Shown here: positions 54,461-64,000 of the stretch, piece after piece | Numbering within the stretch: position 1 is the first letter of the stretch | Layout of the letters: each line of letters opens with the position of its first letter | DNA from: the human T2T-CHM13v2.0 reference genome, Homo sapiens | NCBI RefSeq assembly: GCF_009914755.1 | Contig: NC_060934.1 | Strand: one strand, 5' to 3' | Length of the DNA stretch: 64,000 nt | Program-made: the position numbers and the translations under genes | The notes under the pieces: generated by a model | The model's input: only the letters and a program-made list of their open reading frames with translations | Databases searched by the model: none | What the model was told of the DNA's origin: nothing

Positions 54461-57400
54461 TGCTTTTATGGACTTCATTGAGGCCTTCGTTGGAAACGGG
54501 ATTTCTTCATATAATGCTAGACAGAAGAATTCTCAGTCACTTCTTTGTGTTGTGTGTATTCAAGTCACAGAGTTGAACCTTCCTTTAGACAGAGCAGTTT
54601 TGAAAAATTCTTTCTGTGGAGTTTGCAAGTGGAGATTTCAAGCGATTTGAGGCTAATCTTTGAAATGGAAATATCTTCGTGTAAAAACTACACAGAATCA
54701 TTCTCAGAAACTGCTTTGTCATCTGTGCGTTCAGTTCACAGAGTTTCACCTTTCTCTTCATAGAGCAGTTTGGAAAGACTCTGTCTGTAAAGTCTGCAAG
54801 TGATTAGTTAGACCCCTTTGAGGCCTTCGTTGGAAGCGGGATTTCTCATTTACTGCTAGACAGAAGAATTCTCAGTAAATCCTTTGTGTTGTGTGTATTC
54901 AACTCACAGAGTGGAACCTTCCTTTATTCAGAGCAGTTTTGAAAAACACTTTATGTGGAATTTGCAAGTGGAGATTTCAAGCGATTTGACGCCAATCTTA
55001 GACATGGAAATGTCTTCATATTAAAAGTACACAGAGTCATTCGTAGAAACTAGTTTGTGATGTGTGCCTTCAACTCACAGAGTTTAACCTTTCTTTTCAT
55101 AGAGCAGTTTGGAAACACTCTATTTGTAAAGTCTGCAAGTGGATATTTGGACCTCTTTGAGGCCTTCGTTGGAAACGGGATTTCTTCATACAACGCTAGA
55201 CAGAAGAATTCTCAGTAACTTCTTTGTGTTGTGTGTATTCAACTCACAGAGTTGAACCTTTCTTTAGAGGGAGCAGAGGTGAAACACTCTTTTTGTGGAA
55301 TTTGCTAGTGTAGATTTCAAACGCTTCGAAGACAGTGATAGAAAAGGATATATCTTCGTATTAAAAGTAGACAAAATCATTCTCAGAAAACTCTTTGTGA
55401 TGTGTGTGTTCAACTCACAGAGTTTAACCTTTCTTTAATCGAGCAGTTTGGAAATACACTCTTTGTAAGTCTGCAGGTGGATATTTGGCCCTCTTTGAGC
55501 CCTTCGTTGGAAACGGGATTTCCTCATATAATGCTAGACAGAAGAATTCTCAGTAACTTCTTTGTGTTGTTTGTATTCAACACACAGATTTGAACCTTCC
55601 TTTAGAGAGAGCAGATTTGAAACACTCTGTTTTTGGAATTTGCAAGTGCAGATTTCAAGCGCTTCTAGGCCTATGGCAGAAAAGGAAATATCTTCGTATA
55701 AAAACTACACAGAATCATTCTCAACAACTACTTTGTGATGTGTGCGTTCAACTCACAGAGTTTAACCTTTCTTTTCATAGAGCAGTTTGGAAACACTCTG
55801 TTTGTAAAGCCTGCAAGTGCTTTTATGGACTTCATTGAGGCCTTCGTTGGAAACGGGATTTCTTCATATAATGCTAGACAGAAGAATTCTCAGTCACTTC
55901 TTTGTGTTGTGTGTATTCAAGTCACAGAGTTGAACCTTCCTTTAGACAGAGCAGTTTTGAAAAATTCTTTCTGTGGAGTTTGCAAGTGGAGATTTCAAGC
56001 GATTTGAGGCTAATCTTTGAAATGGAAATATCTTCGTGTAAAAACTACACAGAATCATTCTCAGAAACTGCTTTGTCATCTGTGCGTTCAGTTCACAGAG
56101 TTTCACCTTTTTCTTCATAGAGCAGTTTGGAAAGACTCTGTCTGTAAAGTCTGCAAGTGATTAGTTAGACCCCTTTGAGGCCTTCGTTGGAAGCGGGATT
56201 TCTCATTTACTGCTAGACAGAAGAATTCTCAGTAAATCCTTTGTGTTGTGTGTATTCAACTCACAGAGTGGAACCTTCCTTTATTCAGAGCAGTTTTGAA
56301 AAACACTTTTTGTGGAATTTGCAAGTGGAGATTTCAAGCGATTTGACGCCAATCTTAGACATGGAAATGTCTTCATATTAAAAGTACACAGAGTCATTCG
56401 TAGAAACTAGTTTGTGATGTGTGCCTTCAACTCACAGAGTTTAACCTTTCTTTTCATAGAGCAGTTTGGAAACACTCTATTTGTAAAGTCTGCAAGTGGA
56501 TATTTGGACCTCTTTGAGGCCTTCGTTGGAAACGGGATTTCTTCATACAACGCTAGACAGAAGAATTCTCAGTAACTTCTTTGTGTTGTGTGTATTCAAC
56601 TCACAGAGTTGAACCTTTCTTTAGAGAGAGCAGAGTTGAAACACTCTGTTTTTGGAGTTTGCAAGTGCAGATTTCAAGCGATTCTAGGCCAATGGCAGAA
56701 AAGGAAATATCTTCGTATAAAAAATACACAGAATCATTCTCAACAACTACTTTGTGATGTGTGCGTTCAACTCACAGAGTTTAACCTTTCTTTTCATAGA
56801 GCAGTTTGGAAACACTCTGTTTGTAAAGCCTGCAAGTGCTTTTTTGGACTTCATTGAGGCCTTCGTTGGAAACGGGATTTCTTCATGTAATGCTAGACAG
56901 AAGAATTCTCAGTCACTTCTTTGTGTTGTGTGTATTCAAGTCACAGAGTTGAACCTTCCTTTAGACAGAGCAGTTTTGAAAAATTCTTTCTGTGGAGTTT
57001 GCAAGTGGAGATTTCAAGCGATTTGAGGCTAATCTTTGAAATGGAAATATCTTCGTGTAAAAACTACACAGAATCATTCTCAGAAACTGCTTTGTCATCT
57101 GTGCGTTCAGTTCACAGAGTTTCACCTTTCTCTTCATAGAGCAGTTTGGAAAGACTCTGTCTGTAAAGTCTGCAAGTGATTAGTTAGACCCCTTTGAGGC
57201 CTTCGTTGGAAGCGGGATTTCTCATTTACTGCTAGACAGAAGAATTCTCAGTAAATCCTTTGTGTTGTGTGTATTCAACTCACAGAGTGGAACCTTCCTT
57301 TATTCAGAGCAGTTTTGAAACACTCTTTTTGTGGAATTTGCAAGTGGAGATTTCAAGCGATTTGACGCCAATCTTAGACATGGAAATATCTTCATATTAA

Positions 57401-60400
57401 AAGTACACAGAGTCATTCGTAGAAACTAGTTTGTGATGTGTGCCTTCAACTCACAGAGTTTAACCTTTCTTTTCATAGAGCAGTTGGGAAACACTCTATT
57501 TGTAAAGTCTGCAAGTGGATATTTGGACCTCTTTGAGGCCTTCGTTGGAAACGGGATTTCTTCATATAACGCTAGACAGAAGAATTCTCAGTAACTTCTT
57601 TGTGTTGTGTGTATTCAACTCACAGAGTTGAACCTTTCTTTAGAGGGAGCAGAGGTGAAACACTCTTTTTGTGGAATTTGCTAGTGTAGATTTCAAACGC
57701 TTCGAAGACAGTGATAGAAAAGGATATATCTTCGTATTAAAAGTAGACAAAATCATTCTCAGAAAACTCTTTGTGATGTGTGTGTTCAACTCACAGAGTT
57801 TAACCTTTCTTTAATCGAGCAGTTTGGAAATACACTCTTTGTAAGTCTGCAGGTGGATATTTGGCCCTCTTTGAGCCCTTCGTTGGAAACGGGATTTCCT
57901 CATATAATGCTAGACAGAAGAATTCTCAGTAACTTCTTTGTGTTGATTGTATTCAACACACAGATTTGAACCTTCCTTTAGAGAGAGCAGATTTGAAACA
58001 CTCTGTTTTTGGAATTTGCAAGTGCAGATTTCAAGCGCTTCTAGGCCTATGGCAGAAAAGGAAATATCTTCGTATAAAAACTACACAGAATCATTCTCAA
58101 CAACTACTTTGTGATGTGTGCGTTCAACTCACAGAGTTTAACCTTTCTTTTCATAGAGCAGTTTGGAAACACTCTGTTTGTAAAGCCTGCAAGTGCTTTT
58201 TTGGACTTCATTGAGGCCTTCGTTGGAAACGGGATTTCTTCATATAATGCTAGACAGAAGAATTCTCAGTCACTTCTTTGTGTTGTGTGTATTCAAGTCA
58301 CAGAGTTGAACCTTCCTTTAGACAGAGCAGTTTTGAAAAATTCTTTCTGTGGAGTTTGCAAGTGGAGATTTCAAGCGATTTGAGGCTAATCTTTGAAATG
58401 GAAATATCTTCGTGTAAAAACTACACAGAATCATTCTCAGAAACTGCTTTGTCATCTGTGCGTTCAGTTCACAGAGTTTCACCTTTCTCTTCATAGAGCA
58501 GTTTGGAAAGACTCTGTCTGTAAAGTCTGCAAGTGATTAGTTAGACCCCTTTGAGGCCTTCGTTGGAAGCGGGATTTCTCATTTACTGCTAGACAGAAGA
58601 ATTCTCAGTAAATCCTTTGTGTTGTGTGTATTCAACTCACAGAGTGGAACCTTCCTTTATTCAGAGCAGTTTTGAAACACTCTTTTTGTGGAATTTGCAA
58701 GTGGAGATTTCAAGCGATTTGACGCCAATCTTAGACATGGAAATATCTTCATATTAAAAGTACACAGAGTCATTCGTAGAAACTAGTTTGTGATGTGTGC
58801 CTTCAACTCACAGAGTTTAACCTTTCTTTTCATAGAGCAGTTGGGAAACACTCTATTTGTAAAGTCTGCAAGTGGATATTTGGACCTCTTTGAGGCCTTC
58901 GTTGGAAACGGGATTTCTTCATATAACGCTAGACAGAAGAATTCTCAGTAACTTCTTTGTGTTGTGTGTATTCAACTCACAGAGTTGAACCTTTCTTTAG
59001 AGGGAGCAGAGGTGAAACACTCTTTTTGTGGAATTTGCTAGTGTAGATTTCAAACGCTTCGAAGACAGTGATAGAAAAGGATATATCTTCGTATTAAAAG
59101 TAGACAAAATCATTCTCAGAAAACTCTTTGTGATGTGTGTGTTCAACTCACAGAGTTTAACCTTTCTTTAATCGAGCAGTTTGGAAATACACTCTTTGTA
59201 AGTCTGCAGGTGGATATTTGGCCCTCTTTGAGCCCTTCGTTGGAAACGGGATTTCCTCATATAATGCTAGACAGAAGAATTCTCAGTAACTTCTTTGTGT
59301 TGTTTGTATTCAACACACAGATTTGAACCTTCCTTTAGAGAGAGCAGATTTGAAACACTCTGTTTTTGGAATTTGCAAGTGCAGATTTCAAGCGCTTCTA
59401 GGCCTATGGCAGAAAAGGAAATATCTTCGTATAAAAACTACACAGAATCATTCTCAACAACTACTTTGTGATGTGTGCGTTCAACTCACAGAGTTTAACC
59501 TTTCTTTTCATAGAGCAGTTTGGAAACACTCTGTTTGTAAAGCCTGCAAGTGCTTTTTTGGACTTCATTGAGGCCTTCGTTGGAAACGGGATTTCTTCAT
59601 ATAATGCTAGACAGAAGAATTCTCAGTCACTTCTTTGTGTTGTGTGTATTCAAGTCACAGAGTTGAACCTTCCTTTAGACAGAGCAGTTTTGAAAAATTC
59701 TTTCTGTGGAGTTTGCAAGTGGAGATTTCAAGCGATTTGAGGCTAATCTTTGAAATGGAAATATCTTCGTGTAAAAACTACACAGAATCATTCTCAGAAA
59801 CTGCTTTGTCATCTGTGCGTTCAGTTCACAGAGTTTCACCTTTCTCTTCATAGAGCAGTTTGGAAAGACTCTGTCTGTAAAGTCTGCAAGTGATTAGTTA
59901 GACCCCTTTGAGGCCTTCGTTGGAAGCGGGATTTCTCATTTACTGCTAGACAGAAGAATTCTCAGTAAATCCTTTGTGTTGTGTGTATTCAACTCACAGA
60001 GTGGAACATTCCTTTATTCAGAGCAGTTTTGAAACACTCTTTTTGTGGAATTTGCAAGTGGAGATTTCAAGCGATTTGACGCCAATCTTAGACATGGAAA
60101 TATCTTCATATTAAAAGTACACAGAGTCATTCGTAGAAACTAGTTTGTGATGTGTGCCTTCAACTCACAGAGTTTAACCTTTCTTTTCATAGAGCAGTTG
60201 GGAAACACTCTATTTGTAAAGTCTGCAAGTGGATATTTGGACCTCTTTGAGGCCTTCGTTGGAAACGGGATTTCTTCATATAACGCTAGACAGAAGAATT
60301 CTCAGTAACTTCTTTGTGTTGTGTGTATTCAACTCACAGAGTTGAACCTTTCTTTAGAGGGAGCAGAGGTGAAACACTCTTTTTGTGGAATTTGCTAGTG

Positions 60401-63400
60401 TAGATTTCAAACGCTTCGAAGACAGTGATAGAAAAGGATATATCTTCGTATTAAAAGTAGACAAAATCATTCTCAGAAAACTCTTTGTGATGTGTGTGTT
60501 CAACTCACAGAGTTTAACCTTTCTTTAATCGAGCAGTTTGGAAATACACTCTTTGTAAGTCTGCAGGTGGATATTTGGCCCTCTTTGAGCCCTTCGTTGG
60601 AAACGGGATTTCCTCATATAATGCTAGACAGAAGAATTCTCAGTAACTTCTTTGTGTTGTTTGTATTCAACACACAGATTTGAACCTTCCTTTAGAGAGA
60701 GCAGATTTGAAACACTCTGTTTTTGGAATTTGCAAGTGCAGATTTCAAGCGCTTCTAGGCCTATGGCAGAAAAGGAAATATCTTCGTATAAAAACTACAC
60801 AGAATCATTCTCAACAACTACTTTGTGATGTGTGCGTTCAACTCACAGAGTTTAACCTTTCTTTTCATAGAGCAGTTTGGAAACACTCTGTTTGTAAAGC
60901 CTGCAAGTGCTTTTATGGACTTCATTGAGGCCTTCGTTGGAAACGGGATTTCTTCATATAATGCTAGACAGAAGAATTCTCAGTCACTTCTTTGTGTTGT
61001 GTGTATTCAAGTCACAGAGTTGAACCTTCCTTTAGACAGAGCAGTTTTGAAAAATTCTTTCTGTGGAGTTTGCAAGTGGAGATTTCAAGCGATTTGAGGC
61101 TAATCTTTGAAATGGAAATATCTTCGTGTAAAAACTACACAGAATCATTCTCAGAAACTGCTTTGTCATCTGTGCGTTCAGTTCACAGAGTTTCACCTTT
61201 CTCTTCATAGAGCAGTTTGGAAAGACTCTGTCTGTAAAGTCTGCAAGTGATTAGTTAGACCCCTTTGAGGCCTTCGTTGGAAGCGGGATTTCTCATTTAC
61301 TGCTAGACAGAAGAATTCTCAGTAAATCCTTTGTGTTGTGTGTATTCAACTCACAGAGTGGAACCTTCCTTTATTCAGAGCAGTTTTGAAAAACACTTTT
61401 TGTGGAATTTGCAAGTGGAGATTTCAAGCGATTTGACGCCAATCTTAGACATGGAAATATCTTCATATTAAAAGTACACAGAGTCATTCGTAGAAACTAG
61501 TTTGTGATGTGTGCCTTCAACTCACAGAGTTTAACCTTTCTTTTCATAGAGCAGTTTGGAAACACTCTATTTGTAAAGTCTGCAAGTGGATATTTGGACC
61601 TCTTTGAGGCCTTCGTTGGAAACGGGATTTCTTCATACAACGCTAGACAGAAGAATTCTCAGTAACTTCTTTGTGTTGTGTGTATTCAACTCACAGAGTT
61701 GAACCTTTCTTTAGAGAGAGCAGAGTTGAAACACTCTGTTTTTGGAATTTGCAACTGCAGATTTCAAGCGATTCTAGGCCTATGGCAGAAAAGGAAATAT
61801 CTTCGTATAAAAACAACACAGAACCATTCTCAACAACTACTTTGTGATGTGTGCGTTCAACTCACAGAGTTTAACCTTTCTTTTCATAGAGCAGTTTGGA
61901 AACACTCTGTTTGTAAAGCCTGCAAGTGCTTTTTTGGACTTCATTGAGGCCTTCGTTGGAAACGGGATTTCTTCATGTAATGCTAGACAGAAGAATTCTC
62001 AGTCACTTCTTTGTGTTGTGTGTATTCAAGTCACAGAGTTGAACCTTCCTTTAGACAGAGCAGTTTTGAAAAATTCTTTCTGTGTAATTTGCAAGTGGAG
62101 ATTTCAAGCGATTTGAGGCTAATCTTTGAAATGGAAATATCTTCGTGTAAAAACTACACAGAATCATTCTCAGAAACTGCTTTGTCATCTGTGCGTTCAG
62201 TTCACAGAGTTTCACCTTTCTCTTCATAGAGCAGTTTGGAAAGACTCTGTCTGTAAAGTCTGCAAGTGATTAGTTAGACCCCTTTGAGGCCTTCGTTGGA
62301 AGCGGGATTTCTCATTTACTGCTAGACAGAAGAATTCTCAGTAAATCCTTTGTGTTGTGTGTATTCAACTCACAGAGTGGAACCTTCCTTTATTCAGAGC
62401 AGTTTTGAAACACTCTTTTTGTGGAATTTGCAAGTGGAGATTTCAAGCGATTTGACGCCAATCTTAGACATGGAAATATCTTCATATTAAAAGTACACAG
62501 AGTCATTCGTAGAAACTAGTTTGTGATGTGTGCCTTCAACTCACAGAGTTTAACCTTTCTTTTCATAGAGCAGTTGGGAAACACTCTATTTGTAAAGTCT
62601 GCAAGTGGATATTTGGACCTCTTTGAGGCCTTCGTTGGAAACGGGATTTCTTCATATAACGCTAGACAGAAGAATTCTCAGTAACTTCTTTGTGTTGTGT
62701 GTATTCAACTCACAGAGTTGAACCTTTCTTTAGAGGGAGCAGAGGTGAAACACTCTTTTTGTGGAATTTGCTAGTGTAGATTTCAAACGCTTCGAAGACA
62801 GTGATAGAAAAGGATATATCTTCGTATTAAAAGTAGACAAAATCATTCTCAGAAAACTCTTTGTGATGTGTGTGTTCAACTCACAGAGTTTAACCTTTCT
62901 TTAATCGAGCAGTTTGGAAATACACTCTTTGTAAGTCTGCAGGTGGATATTTGGCCCTCTTTGAGCCCTTCGTTGGAAACGGGATTTCCTCATATAATGC
63001 TAGACAGAAGAATTCTCAGTAACTTCTTTGTGTTGTTTGTATTCAACACACAGATTTGAACCTTCCTTTAGAGAGAGCAGATTTGAAACACTCTGTTTTT
63101 GGAATTTGCAAGTGCAGATTTCAAGCGCTTCTAGGCCTATGGCAGAAAAGGAAATATCTTCGTATAAAAACTACACAGAATCATTCTCAACAACTACTTT
63201 GTGATGTGTGCGTTCAACTCACAGAGTTTAACCTTTCTTTTCATAGAGCAGTTTGGAAACACTCTGTTTGTAAATCCTGCAAGTGCTTTTATGGACTTCA
63301 TTGAGGCCTTCGTTGGAAACGGGATTTCTTCATATAATGCTAGACAGAAGAATTCTCAGTCACTTCTTTGTGTTGTGTGTATTCAAGTCACAGAGTTGAA

Positions 63401-64000
63401 CCTTCCTTTAGACAGAGCAGTTTTGAAAAATTCTTTCTGTGGAGTTTGCAAGTGGAGATTTCAAGCGATTTGAGGCTAATCTTTGAAATGGAAATATCTT
63501 CGTGTAAAAACTACACAGAATCATTCTCAGAAACTGCTTTGTCATCTGTGCGTTCAGTTCACAGAGTTTCACCTTTCTCTTCATAGAGCAGTTTGGAAAG
63601 ACTCTGTCTGTAAAGTCTGCAAGTGATTAGTTAGACCCCTTTGAGGCCTTCGTTGGAAGCGGGATTTCTCATTTACTGCTAGACAGAAGAATTCTCAGTA
63701 AATCCTTTGTGTTGTGTGTATTCAACTCACAGAGTGGAACCTTCCTTTATTCAGAGCAGTTTTGAAAAACACTTTTTGTGGAATTTGCAAGTGGAGATTT
63801 CAAGCGATTTGACGCCAATCTTAGACATGGAAATGTCTTCATATTAAAAGTACACAGAGTCATTCGTAGAAACTAGTTTGTGATGTGTGCCTTCAACTCA
63901 CAGAGTTTAACCTTTCTTTTCATAGAGCAGTTTGGAAACACTCTATTTGTAAAGTCTGCAAGTGGATATTTGGACCTCTTTGAGGCCTTCGTTGGAAACG

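Larger units (their letters stand above)
1..64000 (+). repeat. Alpha satellite higher-order repeat array, suprachromosomal family 1 (J1/J2 dimeric), homogeneous active-type centromeric array
   Basis: Tandem ~170 bp monomers with hallmark alphoid motifs (cattctcagaaact, ttcaactcacagagtt, gagcagtttggaaacactct). GAATTC and CENP-B boxes recur every 338-340 bp, HOR copies differ by only a few SNVs, and orientation is constant throughout. Confidence 0.99.
1..64000 (+). other. Probable human chromosome 10 centromeric array D10Z1 (S1C10H1L)
   Basis: Inference from recalled knowledge: D10Z1 is an SF1 array known for coexisting 8-mer (~1.35 kb) and 6-mer (~1.0 kb) units resolved by RsaI. Here GTAC occurs once per HOR (1060, 2079, 3436...), giving 1019 and 1357 bp fragments. 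D12Z3 (SF1 8-mer) is the main alternative; alignment is needed. Confidence 0.7.

Noticed and set aside
78-63586. About 190 short ORFs (63-90 aa) recurring in every HOR
   Set aside because: They are overlapping chance open frames of alpha satellite, beginning at GTG/TTG where checked, with no recognisable domain. Their recurrence only reflects the repeat. I used them solely as positional and SNV markers.
1-64000. CRISPR-like regularly spaced conserved motifs
   Set aside because: The sequence between motifs is itself repeated, so there are no unique spacers, and there are no cas genes. The motifs are CENP-B boxes and conserved monomer segments.
1-64000. Transposon insertion, inversion or non-satellite island
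   Set aside because: HOR lengths account exactly for the distance 578-63368 and all boxes lie on one strand, leaving no room for an insert.
1-64000. 8/6 order as an information-carrying code or novel system
   Set aside because: The recurring patterns are fully explained by nested duplications marked by shared SNVs, and nothing in the sequence supports a coding function.

Overview
The whole 64 kb is one uninterrupted, single-orientation array of primate (almost certainly human) centromeric alpha satellite. It belongs to the dimeric suprachromosomal family 1: ~170 bp monomers, with an EcoRI site and a CENP-B box every ~340 bp. It is built from two higher-order repeat (HOR) variants, an 8-mer of 1357 bp and a 6-mer of 1019 bp that lacks 338 bp and carries a hybrid monomer. 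Between ORF-track anchors 578 and 63368 there are 29 8-mers and 23 6-mers (29x1357+23x1019=62790, an exact fit), in the order 6,8,6,8,6,8,8,8,6,8,6,6,8,6,6,6,8,8,8,8,6,8,6,6,6,8,8,8,8,8,6,8,6,8,6,8,6,6,8,6,6,6,8,8,8,8,6,8,8,8,6,8. The 8-mer/6-mer mix with one RsaI site per HOR best fits the active chromosome 10 array D10Z1 (inferred, not database-checked). I found no genes, RNA genes, transposon insertions or CRISPR arrays, and all ORFs are repeat artefacts. I do not see a previously undescribed biological system. The informative signal is array evolution: nested super-HOR duplications (2376, 3395, 4752, 10861 and 31226 bp offsets) traceable by shared SNVs, recombinant HORs, one broken CENP-B box and a haplotype transition near 54.4 kb. 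All variant calls were read by eye.
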